Assembly (NCBI GenBank): GCA_963697895.1
Contig: OY969100.1
Span: forward strand, 640,001 to 704,000
Length of the DNA: 64,000 nucleotides
Direction of reading: 5' to 3'
Origin: an uncultured Methanomicrobiales archaeon
GTDB lineage: Archaea; Halobacteriota; Methanomicrobia; Methanomicrobiales; Methanospirillaceae
The position numbers and the translations under genes were made by a program. How positions within the stretch are numbered: position 1 is the first letter of the stretch; each line of letters begins with the position of its first letter. Under the pieces are notes generated by a model, which ran no database searches, had not been told where the DNA came from, and worked only from the letters and a program-made list of their open reading frames with translations. Below, piece after piece: positions 52,648-63,548 of this stretch.

Positions 52648-53976
52648 ATGACGAAGGATGTCGTATCAGCAATGCTGGAAAGAATAGATGCGGATCTTAT
52701 AAAATTTGTCCGTCTTCAGTTCAACGATATAACCGGACAGCCAAAGAATGCCGCGATCCCTGTCGAGCAGGTTGAAAAAGCACTTACAGATGGAATATGG
52801 TTTGATGGATCCTCCATTGAAGGTTTTGCCCGTATTGAAGAATCCGATATGCTACTCAAGCCCGACCCCGCTACCTACACCATCCTCCCCTGGAGGCCTG
52901 CTGATGCACGGGTTGCACGATTTATCTGTGATATTTACACGTATGGGGAAAAGCCGTTTGAGGGCGATCCCCGGTATATACTGAAAAAAACCATTGCTGA
53001 AGCAGCAAAAATGGGTTATACGTTCAATACCGGGCCAGAACTCGAATTTTTCCTCTTCAAGCTCATTGATGGTATGCCGACTACTCTATTCCAGGATCAT
53101 GGGGCATATTTCGATCTTGCTCCGAGCGATGCGGCCGAAGATGTTCGTCGGGATATCGTTCTTGCACTCACTCAAATGGGTTTCGAGATCGAGATGTCTC
53201 ATCATGAGGTGGCAGAAAGTCAGCATGAGATCGACTTCAAATATGGCGATGTGCTTGATACTGCAGACAAAGTGATTACATTCAAATTCGCAACAAAATC
53301 ACTTGCTTTAAAACGGGGTCTGCATGCCACATTCATGGCGAAGCCTTTGGCAGGAATAAACGGGAGTGGGATGCACACACATGGATCTCTTGCCAAGAAC
53401 GGAAAAAATGCTTTCTATGATCCCAAGGGCCCGAAACAACTCAGCGATACTGCCCTTTATTATATCGGAGGTCTTCTCAAACACGCGAAAGCGATTACCC
53501 GTATTGCAAACCCTACCATCAATTCATACAAACGGCTCGTACCCGGGTATGAAGCACCCGTTTACATCTCGTGGAGTAATACAAACCGTTCCGCATTAGT
53601 TCGGGTCCCTGCTGCCCGTGGAAATAGCACTCGTGCCGAGTTCAGGAGCCCTGACCCCATGTGTAATCCATATCTTACATTTGCCTCAATGCTTGCCGCA
53701 GGGTTGGACGGGATAAGGAACAAGATTATGCCACCGGAGAGCACCGATGTAAATATTTACCATCTGAGTGCAGGTGAGCGAAAGAAAATGGGAATCGAAA
53801 TGCTTCCCGGTAGTCTCATGGAGGCAAACGCCGAATTCATGAAAGATAAGGTTCTCACAAACACAATGGGCACACATACTACTGAAAATCTCTGTAGAAT
53901 AGCTGAATTAGAAAGTGATGCTTTCAGACTAACGGTGCACAAGTGGGAGCTTGATCGCTACCTGGCAACCTATTAA
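52648..53976 (+). CDS. glnA: Glutamine synthetase type I
   Basis: FDGSSIEGF, GPELEFF, HHEVA, ATFMAKP, NGSGMHTH, NSYKRLVPGYEAP and EFRSPD. Confidence 0.97.
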   Translation: MTKDVVSAMLERIDADLIKFVRLQFNDITGQPKNAAIPVEQVEKALTDGIWFDGSSIEGFARIEESDMLLKPDPATYTILPWRPADARVARFICDIYTYGEKPFEGDPRYILKKTIAEAAKMGYTFNTGPELEFFLFKLIDGMPTTLFQDHGAYFDLAPSDAAEDVRRDIVLALTQMGFEIEMSHHEVAESQHEIDFKYGDVLDTADKVITFKFATKSLALKRGLHATFMAKPLAGINGSGMHTHGSLAKNGKNAFYDPKGPKQLSDTALYYIGGLLKHAKAITRIANPTINSYKRLVPGYEAPVYISWSNTNRSALVRVPAARGNSTRAEFRSPDPMCNPYLTFASMLAAGLDGIRNKIMPPESTDVNIYHLSAGERKKMGIEMLPGSLMEANAEFMKDKVLTNTMGTHTTENLCRIAELESDAFRLTVHKWELDRYLATY

Positions 53977-54059
53977 TTTTTCCGGTTTTAAAAATATTAA
54001 AAAATTTTTTCTTATATAACTGAATAAGGATAAACAGATCTTGAGGTATGGCTCCATTA

Positions 54060-54410
54060 TTATTTTTCCAGCAATGAACGTAATTTTTTATCTATATGAT
54101 CGGATATATGGTAATATCCTGGGGTCTCATGGGATCTGGATGCAATTCTGATCGCATCATCTATATCATCATCCGATATTCCATGAGATTCATGATCGAC
54201 AAACTCCGCGGAATACAATTTGCCGTAACCGACCATCATTCTGCAGAGACCGCGACGCCTCCCATCATCCCTGATATAATAATAGCATCTTCCAATAACT
54301 GCCTGTTCATGCCCGTGAAAATTCCGGATAATCATTTCAAATTCGGATGCATATTCCAATGAATCATGAGAGATCTCTTTTGATTCAGAATTTGGTACCC
54401 TTCGATGCAT
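54060..54410 (-). CDS. Hypothetical protein
   Basis: 116-aa ORF with a TATA-like run just upstream (54425-54432). No family recognised. Confidence 0.55.
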   Translation of the reverse strand: MHRRVPNSESKEISHDSLEYASEFEMIIRNFHGHEQAVIGRCYYYIRDDGRRRGLCRMMVGYGKLYSAEFVDHESHGISDDDIDDAIRIASRSHETPGYYHISDHIDKKLRSLLEK

Positions 54411-54683
54411 TGCTCACACCTTTCTTATATATACTTCACAGATCTTCACCAGTCATCTGATGTGACAGGATTTTGCAGACGTGATATACGATTGATTAAT
54501 CTCCCGGGAAAATGGTGTGTGCTTTCACAACTATCTCCATTTGTCCAAACACGAATATTGAAACCAGTCATTGCTTCCTGATTGCCTGATGAATGAAGGT
54601 GGAGGATGCTAGCTTCTGATATCATATAGTTATATCCAATGTAGCAGTACAAATGATCTCATAATCGTAATGTTTATCATATA

Positions 54684-54698
54684 TAGAAATGTATTTCC
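54684..54698. promoter_or_regulatory. NrpR-like operator upstream of the first glnK
   Basis: TAGAA-ATGTAT-TTCC. Confidence 0.7.
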
Positions 54699-54718
54699 TT
54701 CCATAGAGGGAAATTGAA

Positions 54719-55048
54719 ATGAAAATGATAAAGGCGATAATCAGACCGGAACGGGTTGATTTCGTAAAAAAAGCCATGGAGGATAAAGGATTTTTTGGTT
54801 TAACGATAACAGAGGTTATGGGTCGCGGAGACCAAAAGGGGATAACTCTGCAATATCGGGGTGGGGCGATGAATATAGATCTTCTTCCCAAAGTGAAGAT
54901 CGAAGTCGTGGTGAAGAATAATGATATCAACACAGTGGTGGAGTTGATACAGAATTCAGCCAGAACAGGCAAAATCGGAGATGGAAAGATCTTTATCATT
55001 CCCATCGAAAAGTCCATTCGCGTACGGACGGGAGAGGTGGAAGTTTAA
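54719..55048 (+). CDS. glnK: P-II nitrogen regulator
   Basis: KAIIRP, GRGDQKG, LLPKVKIE and [12 protein letters not shown]. Confidence 0.93.
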   Translation: MKMIKAIIRPERVDFVKKAMEDKGFFGLTITEVMGRGDQKGITLQYRGGAMNIDLLPKVKIEVVVKNNDINTVVELIQNSARTGKIGDGKIFIIPIEKSIRVRTGEVEV

Positions 55049-55278
55049 GAGAAATGGATTCCTACAAGGATTCTCCCACTTTTTACGAAAAATCGATAAA
55101 TGCTGCCGGGTTAAACCAGGTTCCTTTAATCGCCTTTTTAAGATCGAAAAATTCTTGAATCAAAAAATCTCGATTGTGATTTTTTACTAAAACAAGTAGC
55201 GCCTGCATCTATTTTTTTTATTGATTAAAGCATAGGTTTATAAATACTTCCAATTAAAAAAATAAAATTAAAATACCA

Positions 55279-55293
55279 TAGAAACAAACTTCC
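55279..55293. promoter_or_regulatory. NrpR-like operator upstream of amtB
   Basis: TAGAA-ACAAAC-TTCC, with TTTATAAATA near 55237. Confidence 0.68.
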
Positions 55294-55559
55294 TTCTATC
55301 AGAGGAGAGAGAGGATCATCAGGATCGTCACGTGTACGTACAATAAGAATCGGAAAATTGGAATGATTTCGATTTAAATTGCTCCCTCTGCAGGAATTGA
55401 TCGAATGTTGAATGAAAGTGTCACGAGGAACCTCTTGGATGACGGCGCTCGGATCATATCCGCCGTATATGCATTTGAAATGAACACCATAGGAGGACTT
55501 TACCGAAGTTTTCCTGATTGCAAATCGAAAAAGGTAAACGATAATGGTATGGTGATCCA

Positions 55560-56768
55560 ATGGCAATAGACACCGGTAGTACGGCATGGATACTTGCAGC
55601 AACTGCACTCGTTATGCTCATGACTCCGGGTGTAGGATTTTTCTATGGGGGACTTGTCCGCCGGAAAAATTTTATCAATATGATTGCGCTTTCATTCCTG
55701 GTCTTTGCGCTGGTGAGCCTGCAATGGGTTATACTGGGGTTCAGCCTTGCATTCGGCCAAGGTGGGGACTTTATAGGTAGTCTTCAGTACCTCGGCCTGA
55801 ATAATGTCGGCCAGGAGCCTGGGCCGTATAGTGCTGCAATCCCTGGACTGCTTTATATGGTCTTCCAGCTGGTATTCGCAACGGTAACAATGGCAATTGT
55901 CACATCCGGGTTCGCAGAGAGGGTGAAGGTGAGTTCATTTATCATATTTGCGCTTCTCTGGACAACGCTCGTCTACGATCCGCTCGCTCACTGGGTCTGG
56001 GGAGGAGGCTGGGCTGCTCAGGCTGGTGCGCTTGACTTCGCCGGAGGCACGGTCGTCCATATCAGTTCCGGTTTTGCTGCACTTGCGGTAGCAATAATCA
56101 TCGGGAAACGAACCGGATACGGGCAATATTCGATGGAGCCGCATAATATTCCCATGACGCTCCTCGGAGCTGCCCTGCTCTGGTTCGGCTGGTTTGGATT
56201 TAATGCCGGGAGTGCACTGGCCGCGAACGGGCTTGCCGCGAATGCGTTTGTCGTCACCAATACGGCGGCCGCAGCCGGTGCAGTTGCATGGCTTCTCGCA
56301 GCCTGGGCACGTGGCAAACCAAGCTCCTTAGGCATGGTATCCGGAGCTGTTGCCGGTCTCGTGGCAATTACACCCGCGGCAGGGTATGTAGGCCCGCTCA
56401 CCGCGATTCTGATTGGTGCTGTCGCGGGATTGATCTGTTATTCTGTCATGCTCTGGAGGATAAACAAAGGACTGGATGAAAGCCTGGATGCATGGGCAGT
56501 TCATGGTATGGGGGGCCTCTGGGGGGCATTTGCAACAGGTATTTTTGCTACAGCCGCAGTCGGTGGATTTTCCGGACTCCTTGAAGGGAATGTTCATCAG
56601 TTCCTGGCAAATGCAGCAGGAGCAATCGGCGCAGTAGTATATGCATTTGTAGTAACACTGGTTCTTGCCTGGATCGTCCACAAAACGCTCGGACTGCGGG
56701 TATCTGAAGATGAAGAGTACGTGGGACTTGATATATCCCAGCACGGAGAACGGATCAATACGTCATGA
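55560..56768 (+). CDS. amtB: Ammonium transporter
   Basis: [39 protein letters not shown] and VHG. Confidence 0.96.
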   Translation: MAIDTGSTAWILAATALVMLMTPGVGFFYGGLVRRKNFINMIALSFLVFALVSLQWVILGFSLAFGQGGDFIGSLQYLGLNNVGQEPGPYSAAIPGLLYMVFQLVFATVTMAIVTSGFAERVKVSSFIIFALLWTTLVYDPLAHWVWGGGWAAQAGALDFAGGTVVHISSGFAALAVAIIIGKRTGYGQYSMEPHNIPMTLLGAALLWFGWFGFNAGSALAANGLAANAFVVTNTAAAAGAVAWLLAAWARGKPSSLGMVSGAVAGLVAITPAAGYVGPLTAILIGAVAGLICYSVMLWRINKGLDESLDAWAVHGMGGLWGAFATGIFATAAVGGFSGLLEGNVHQFLANAAGAIGAVVYAFVVTLVLAWIVHKTLGLRVSEDEEYVGLDISQHGERINTS

Positions 56769-57107
<339 letters not shown>

Positions 57108-57302
57108 AAAAACACATATTATCCAAACTTATTTTCCTTTGGAATTTTTTCCATAGGAAAGAATTTTTTTTTCCCCGGGCTTACCCATTTTAAGGAAGAA
57201 GCTAATTATATGCCAAATATAGGGGACCCGGACAACGAACAACTCTTCGGTGAATGAAATGCATTTCACAAATTTAATATTTTAACGTGGAAATGGCTAT
57301 GA

Positions 57303-57797
57303 ATGGACCGGGGGAGTGGTGTATCGCAGGCCACTGCGACGATATTGCTCATCGCAATCACTATTCTGCTCGCTGCACTTGTTCTCCTCCTCTTTCATCT
57401 GCCATCATTTGAGAGTTTTCCTCCCGCTTTTATCGAAATTAACAACGTTTATCATAACAACGAACATGGGGCCCTGACCTATGACAGCCGGGTAATCCTG
57501 TTTCATAATGGAACCGAACGAATTGAAAACGATAGTTTAAACGCATCTTTCTTCCGGAACGGAGCACAGGTCCCGTGTATCATCTCGACGCTGAATGGCC
57601 ATAATTTTATTTCCACCCACCATTTTGGTGTACAGACCATGGGGGGAATGGGCTGCTCGGGAATGTTCTGGGAACCCCATGCACGAATTGCAATTGACTT
57701 CTCCGACGGTACCTTTCATCCCGGTGACACAATACGGGTGGATATCTATTCAAAAACGACGAACCGTCTTATATCGCGGTATTCATATATTGCATAA
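57303..57797 (+). CDS. Archaeal type IV pilin-like protein
   Basis: Class III signal peptide-like N-terminus (RGSG-VSQATATILLIAITILLAALV). Confidence 0.75.
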   Translation: MDRGSGVSQATATILLIAITILLAALVLLLFHLPSFESFPPAFIEINNVYHNNEHGALTYDSRVILFHNGTERIENDSLNASFFRNGAQVPCIISTLNGHNFISTHHFGVQTMGGMGCSGMFWEPHARIAIDFSDGTFHPGDTIRVDIYSKTTNRLISRYSYIA

Positions 57798-58338
57798 CTG
57801 AACGTGCGCAGAGACGGGCGACTCGTAACGGCTCAGGAATCTTTCCATCACTCGTGAATGCATTGCAGAGTAGTTCTGCATCGTGAATTGAGATGCCGGA
57901 ACACCGGATAAAAATATCATAATCCGTGTGGAGATGAACCTTCGTCCGTGCCCCAAGACGGTGGTATGCTGAACGCCGCATTTCGTCATTGGGAAAATGA
58001 AAAGCAAGGTCTGACTCGAGCCCCTCAGAATCCTCATACGTGACACAAACCACCGGAAGGTTCGTCTCATGATAAACCCTATCGGGATCGATAATATTGT
58101 ACCAGGCGATAATACAACCGGAAAGCATGATCATGTTGATATCCCGGCGCCGCATCCCCTGAACCATATTAATGATCACATCGGTTGCATCCATCCCTCC
58201 TATATTGACGAAGGAGAACTTGATGCCATCAATTTGAAGGTCTTTTCTCATAACCACTCCGGCAAGAGTCGATCTACTCCCGGAGGAGAAACTTTCGGCG
58301 ATTCCCAGTGCACGAATGCCTTTCTTGCCGATCTGCAT
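57769..58338 (-). CDS. DUF99-family (endonuclease V-like) protein
   Basis: IRALGIAESF, GGMDAT, GCIIAWYNIID and PEPLRVA. Confidence 0.83.
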   Translation of the reverse strand: MQIGKKGIRALGIAESFSSGSRSTLAGVVMRKDLQIDGIKFSFVNIGGMDATDVIINMVQGMRRRDINMIMLSGCIIAWYNIIDPDRVYHETNLPVVCVTYEDSEGLESDLAFHFPNDEMRRSAYHRLGARTKVHLHTDYDIFIRCSGISIHDAELLCNAFTSDGKIPEPLRVARLCARSVMQYMNTAI

Positions 58339-58376
58339 GGAAGCAATTATGACGATGGATCAGATATATTATCTCA

Positions 58377-59303
58377 ATGAATATCGAGAAGGATGAGGTT
58401 TGTGTCCTTATCCCTACCCTGAATGAAGCCCCGACCATTGCCGAATTAATCCTTGAATTTGTCTCACATGGATTTCATAATATATTGGTTGCCGATGGAA
58501 GAAGCTCCGACGGGACACCGGATATCGCCCGCGACACCGGTGCCAAGGTAGTAACGCAGACGGGTAAAGGTAAAGGGAATGCAATCATTGAAGCGTTCGA
58601 AGCAATAGATAAACCCTATATCCTCATGCTTGATGGTGACGGAACCTATTCAGCCGAGGATGCAGACAGGATGCTTGCACCGCTCGGGGAGGGTTTTGAT
58701 CACGTCATTGGAGACCGGTTAATCAACGAAAATGAGCGAGCATTCTCGCGCCTGAACTTTATCGGAAACCAGTTCCTGAATCGTCTTTTCAAGGTTGCAC
58801 ACGGCAGATACCTGAATGATATCCTCTCCGGGTACCGGGCATTCCGGCGGGACGCACTCACTCAGATGCACCTGACCGAATCAGGGTTTGAAATAGAGAC
58901 AGAAATTTCAGTTGAAGCAGTGAGGAGCGGGCAAAAAATCGCCATTGTCCCTATCAGTTACGCGAAGAGACCCGGTTCGGTCACGAAACTGAATCCGTTT
59001 CATGACGGGTTCAAGATTACCACGACGATTTACCGGCTTGCCAAAATGAACAATCCGCTATTTTATTTCGGTCTGATAGGCATCATCATGATGGCAGGGG
59101 GATTTATCACGGGGATTTATGTCATTTTTGAATGGCTGCGACATGTGGACCACCTTCCCCTCACTCTTCTTACCGTCCTTCTGATCGTGGTGGGATTTGA
59201 GATCTTCATGTTCGGTATTATCAGTGACATGCTCCTCGCATATCACCGGGAAGTAATCCGGGAATTACAGCGGATACAGGAGGAATCGGGACCGAAAAAT
59301 TAA
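58377..59303 (+). CDS. aglJ: GT2 glycosyltransferase, AglJ-like (dolichol-phosphate hexosyltransferase)
   Basis: IPTLNE, DGRSSDGT, LDGDGTY, DILSGYR and FEIETE, with two C-terminal TM helices. Confidence 0.8.
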   Translation: MNIEKDEVCVLIPTLNEAPTIAELILEFVSHGFHNILVADGRSSDGTPDIARDTGAKVVTQTGKGKGNAIIEAFEAIDKPYILMLDGDGTYSAEDADRMLAPLGEGFDHVIGDRLINENERAFSRLNFIGNQFLNRLFKVAHGRYLNDILSGYRAFRRDALTQMHLTESGFEIETEISVEAVRSGQKIAIVPISYAKRPGSVTKLNPFHDGFKITTTIYRLAKMNNPLFYFGLIGIIMMAGGFITGIYVIFEWLRHVDHLPLTLLTVLLIVVGFEIFMFGIISDMLLAYHREVIRELQRIQEESGPKN

Positions 59304-59444
59304 CTCGATCGTATCTTCCCGGAAAAAATTCCTCTATCCCGGCTCATACGTGTGAGAAGGCAATTATTTTGCAAAAACGGGGTCTTATTGGGTTATTAAA
59401 AAACCTTATCTTCCATAGAAATAATATGGTAATGAAATTTCCTC

Positions 59445-59515
59445 GCGATAGTAGTCTAGCGGCAGGACAGGAGCTTCCCAAGCTTCTAACCCGGGTTCGA
59501 TCCCCGGCTATCGCA
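59445..59515 (+). tRNA. tRNA-Gly (CCC)
   Basis: Acceptor stem GCGATAG/CTATCGC, anticodon loop TTCCCAA and T-loop TTCGATC. Confidence 0.95.
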
Positions 59516-59523
59516 TCCTATCC

Positions 59524-60204
59524 ATGACCGAATGCGAAACGGACATTTTTGCAATCAGAATAATCGCCGAGAACCGTTCGGGTGTTCTGCGGGATATCGG
59601 GGCGGTCGTAGCAGAACATCATGCAAATATCATGATGATTCATCAGGAAATTTTTGACTCAGGACCGTTCAACGGTATGGCCGAACTATATGTGGAATAT
59701 GCAGACGGCAGCGATCAAGAGAATCTCATCGCAAATCTCCGGAAGATCACCTCGGTAAAGGATGTCCGTCCTCACCAATCCTTTTCACACATTTTTGGGA
59801 CGAGGGTGATCATCATCGGAGGCGGTGCTCAGGTGGCGCAGGTAGCGATGGGCGCTGTGAATGAGGCAGATCGCCATAATATTCGCGGAGAACGTATTTC
59901 AGTCGATACAATCCCGCTGGTGGGTGAAAAAACGGTCGCTCTTGCGGTGGATGCAGTGGCACGCCTGCCACGCGCAGGAATTCTGGTGCTGGCGGGTTCC
60001 CTGATGGGGGGAGAGATATCCAGGGCAGTCGATCGGGTGAGAGAGGCCGGGATTCCGGTAATTGCCCTGAAAATGGCGGGAAGCGTCCCCGATCATGCGG
60101 ATCTCGTGGTAACTGACCCGATACAGGCAGGGGTATTCGCCGTCATGCACGTGAGCGAAAAAGCGATGTTTGATATCGATCGTGTCCGTGGTCGCGAATT
60201 CTGA
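59524..60204 (+). CDS. ACT-domain protein (DUF5612-like)
   Basis: ENRSGVLRDI ACT motif, GGGAQVAQVA, EADRHNIRGERISVDTIP and DPIQAG. Confidence 0.8.
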   Translation: MTECETDIFAIRIIAENRSGVLRDIGAVVAEHHANIMMIHQEIFDSGPFNGMAELYVEYADGSDQENLIANLRKITSVKDVRPHQSFSHIFGTRVIIIGGGAQVAQVAMGAVNEADRHNIRGERISVDTIPLVGEKTVALAVDAVARLPRAGILVLAGSLMGGEISRAVDRVREAGIPVIALKMAGSVPDHADLVVTDPIQAGVFAVMHVSEKAMFDIDRVRGREF

Positions 60205-60779
60205 TGGATGAGATCGAAAAGGCTGTCCGGATACTGATGCACGACGGAATTGTCGTATATCCCACGGACACGATATACGGTCTCGGGGCTGATGCCCTTT
60301 CGGATGATGCGATCCTGAAGGTATATGAAGCAAAGGGGCGCCCCCTCTCAAAGCCCATATCAATCGCCGTATCCGACCTGGAAATGCTTTGTACCGTGGC
60401 ACGGGTTGATGAAGAGGCAACTGCATTCGTCGAGAGGTTTCTCCCCGGGCCGGTCACGATGATACTCCGGGCCCGGACATGCCTTCCGGAGATCCTGACC
60501 GGAGGCACTCAACAGATCGGCGTCCGTATCCCTGCTCATGAAATCCCTCTACAGATCATCAACCGACTCGATGCCCCTATAACGGCAACGAGTGCAAACC
60601 AGTCGGGAGGAAAGGAGCCGACAACCCCGGAGGAGTGCCATGTTCCCTATGACTTCCTCATAGACGGGGGTCGCCTCCCGGGTATTCCGAGCACCGTCGT
60701 TGACCTGGTCAATGGCTCAATTCTTCGAAAAGGGAGAAATTCAAATGAAATCGAAGCATATCTCTCCATGTTCCGATAA
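60204..60779 (+). CDS. tsaC: L-threonylcarbamoyladenylate synthase (TsaC/YrdC)
   Basis: YPTDTIYGL, KGRP, PGPVT, TSANQSG and PSTVVD. Confidence 0.92.
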   Translation: MDEIEKAVRILMHDGIVVYPTDTIYGLGADALSDDAILKVYEAKGRPLSKPISIAVSDLEMLCTVARVDEEATAFVERFLPGPVTMILRARTCLPEILTGGTQQIGVRIPAHEIPLQIINRLDAPITATSANQSGGKEPTTPEECHVPYDFLIDGGRLPGIPSTVVDLVNGSILRKGRNSNEIEAYLSMFR

Positions 60780-61722
60780 TGTTCCCGGACGACCTATTCG
60801 GTTGAGAGATTTTATAGAAGATACTGACGGGTGGTTATATGCGGTCTCTGTCTACGACAATGAGGAACGTGTCGGAGGCATTCTCAGGTATGTACCGGAT
60901 CCGGCAGGTGAACGGATCGGTCGAGGCGGGCAACGGTACAAAAAACTTGATTTTAATCAGGCGTATGAGATGATCGCGTCTGAGAAACCCCACTACCTCG
61001 ACCTTGTTCACCGAGTACCCCGGAATGAAATCCATCGTGTGTTGAAACCGGAAAATGAGATCGATAAAATAGCCGAAAGAAACAGGCTTGTAAAAAGACT
61101 GATGGAGATCTTTGATCTTCCCCGTAATTCACTGGGATGTACCGGTTCATTTCTCTGCGAACTCGAACAACCCGAATCAGATATCGATCTGGTGATCTAT
61201 GGAAGATCCTGGGTTCAGGCACAGAAAATCCTCAGACATGCGATAATAGACGGTTATCTCCAGGATATTTCCGAGGAAGTCTGGCGGAAAATCTATGAGA
61301 AGAGAAGGCCCGATATCTCATTTGAGACCTTCATCGCACATGAGGAGCGGAAGGTGAACCGTGGTCAGATTGATGGCACATATTTTGATCTGCTTTATAC
61401 GCGATCCTATGAAGATCTCCTTAGGATGTCACCGGGTCCTGGCAGGATAGTGGGTTCAATGCGGATTGAGGCGAAAGTTACCGACGCCTCGCTCTCTTTT
61501 GACAACCCGGCAGTTTATGAAGTCGAACACGACCGGGTCACCCGGGTGCTTTCCTTCACCCATACATACAGTGGGCAGGCATTAACCGGCGAGACCATCG
61601 AGGCCCGTGGAGTTCTCGAGGAACACGGGGAAGAATGCTGGCTTATCGTTGGCACGACCAGGGAAGCACGGGGAGAATATATCATTTCGAAAACGCTTCT
61701 TGAGTCTTCGGACGTCGCATAA
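60745..61722 (+). CDS. Pol-beta-like nucleotidyltransferase-domain protein
   Basis: RLRDFI, LRYVP and GCTGS...SDIDLVIYG, with an OB-like C-terminus. Confidence 0.8.
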   Translation: MKSKHISPCSDNVPGRPIRLRDFIEDTDGWLYAVSVYDNEERVGGILRYVPDPAGERIGRGGQRYKKLDFNQAYEMIASEKPHYLDLVHRVPRNEIHRVLKPENEIDKIAERNRLVKRLMEIFDLPRNSLGCTGSFLCELEQPESDIDLVIYGRSWVQAQKILRHAIIDGYLQDISEEVWRKIYEKRRPDISFETFIAHEERKVNRGQIDGTYFDLLYTRSYEDLLRMSPGPGRIVGSMRIEAKVTDASLSFDNPAVYEVEHDRVTRVLSFTHTYSGQALTGETIEARGVLEEHGEECWLIVGTTREARGEYIISKTLLESSDVA

Positions 61723-61873
61723 AACGTTGTTCCCGATTCACGCATCGGTTTGCAGAACGAAAATTGCATCGTTAAAAAAACAGTTCAAGGTAGCGAAGAC
61801 CAACAAGAGATACGGCTCTCCAGAAATATGACGAACTAAAGTTTGATCCTGGAACGGGAAGCAGATTTCTTTA

Positions 61874-62563
61874 TTACTTTTTATCCAGAATATCCGATAA
61901 TCTTCTGCCTCCGGGGGTACACCGGGCCTCAAAGGGACATTTCCGACAGGGTGCATTTACCGGTTTTTTGGGGATCCGTCCTTCCATAAGGGACTGAAAA
62001 ATACGACGTCCGGATAAAAATGCCCTTTTGTCACGGGGCTGAATTTCACAATACCTTTCCACACCGCTGGGAATATAATCCACAGAACCCCCTGGAACCG
62101 GTATGCCGAGCAGTTCCTGCAGGCAGAGAGCATAACAGACAACGCGGAGACGGTCATGATGGTAGACTCCCGCCGTCGGGGCTTTGGAAGATCGGACTAC
62201 GGAAAAATAGGGAGGTTCATCGAATAATCGATCGACCGATCCGAAAATGCCATAACGCTCTGAAGATACCGGGACGTCAATACCGGAAGCGGATCTCCAC
62301 GCGTTTATACTGCAATAACTGATACATTCGTCTAAAAATGCCTGGAATATGGGATCGATATCCGGATGAACTGTGCAGATCTCCTCCCAGATCCGGGTGC
62401 GATCGAGCGGGGATCCAAGGTGCATGGAGATCTGCTTGCATACCGTATAACGGGGAGATTCAATTCCATTACGGTCCGTTTCACCCGATCCATAGTATAC
62501 ACGAAGAGGACATATCGCAGCGGTAATGATCGACGATATGCTCATTTTGCCCCGGGAGTCCAT
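61874..62563 (-). CDS. Solo Cas4/Dna2-like Fe-S protein
   Basis: N-terminal CPLR and C-terminal CRKCPFEARC four-Cys staple; GSVDR motif. No cas genes or array nearby. Confidence 0.75.
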   Translation of the reverse strand: MDSRGKMSISSIITAAICPLRVYYGSGETDRNGIESPRYTVCKQISMHLGSPLDRTRIWEEICTVHPDIDPIFQAFLDECISYCSINAWRSASGIDVPVSSERYGIFGSVDRLFDEPPYFSVVRSSKAPTAGVYHHDRLRVVCYALCLQELLGIPVPGGSVDYIPSGVERYCEIQPRDKRAFLSGRRIFQSLMEGRIPKKPVNAPCRKCPFEARCTPGGRRLSDILDKK

Positions 62564-62611
62564 TTATTTTCCTCTCATAAGGCTTATCGGAGTACAGGTA
62601 AATTAATACCC

Positions 62612-62908
62612 ATGACTTCTCACGAAATTGCGGTCAATGTCCCCCAGAGCCTCGATCCTGTTTACAGCAATATGATACAGATCGCCTACAAGGAGGATGA
62701 ATTCACGTTTGTCTTTCTCCATCAGATTCCTGCGGTAAATCAGGCACGGGCGAAGGCAATCGTTAGCATTACGCCGATGCATGCGAAGAGTCTCCTTGCG
62801 GTCCTCACCAAGACGATGCAGGACTATGAATCCAAGTTTGGAAAAATTGAGCCTCCCTCGGGGAAGACCCCGGTCGACAGCGTAACGACCATGCGGGGAT
62901 ATTCCTGA
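62612..62908 (+). CDS. DUF3467-family protein
   Basis: PVYSN, EFTFVF, PMHAKSLL and YESKFGKI. Confidence 0.78.
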   Translation: MTSHEIAVNVPQSLDPVYSNMIQIAYKEDEFTFVFLHQIPAVNQARAKAIVSITPMHAKSLLAVLTKTMQDYESKFGKIEPPSGKTPVDSVTTMRGYS

Positions 62909-62970
62909 TCCCCGGTTCACTCAGTAAAGAACGTTAATATCCGATCACGCCAATCCTATACGGGAACCGT

Positions 62971-63042
62971 GCCGCCGTGGCTTAGCGGTATAGCGGCTGA
63001 TTCGTAATCAGCAGGTCGAGGGTTCAAGTCCCTCCGGCGGCT
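62971..63042 (+). tRNA. tRNA-Thr (CGT)
   Basis: Acceptor stem GCCGCCG/CGGCGGC, anticodon arm GCTGA-TTCGTAA-TCAGC and T-loop TTCAAGT. Confidence 0.95.
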
Positions 63043-63395
63043 CTTCCGTTTGCCTGTATGAATAGTACCCTTCATTTTTCTCTGAATCCGGTTTCCCTGC
63101 AACCGGTCTGAACCCTCTTTGGCCGGCTTGAAACATCCGATATGACCGATCAGGTTAATTATCCCGCATATTTTCGCGACCAAAAAAAATGCAAGATTGA
63201 TCCCCGGATTAGGCTGTTCAATTTGAGAAGAGGAACTTCCTCACGAGAAGAGGCAGAATAAGAACAGTCGGCATACAAAATCGATAGCTGATGAGAAAGA
63301 AAGTTTAACGAAATATCAGTGACACTTGGGAAATTAAGTTATCGCATCAACAAAGAAGTGCCGATCCATGAAAAGACGCGCTCATCGGTATTGCT

Positions 63396-63548
63396 TCATC
63401 GACGCTGATCTGTTTCATCCTCATCCACCGTCCCGTAGAGCTCGTCGTACATCTCGAGAATGACGTCGCTGAAGGTCATATTTCCTTTTTTAAGGGAGAC
63501 CAGCGCGTCATACACTTCTCTTGTTACGGATATGGTCTTCTTCGTCAC
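63396..63548 (-). CDS. Small VapB-like antitoxin (ribbon-helix-helix), 50 aa
   Basis: Manual translation from GTG gives MTKKTISVTREVYDALVSLKKGNMTFSDVILEM...; GGAGGTGA upstream. Confidence 0.68.
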   Translation of the reverse strand: MTKKTISVTREVYDALVSLKKGNMTFSDVILEMYDELYGTVDEDETDQRR

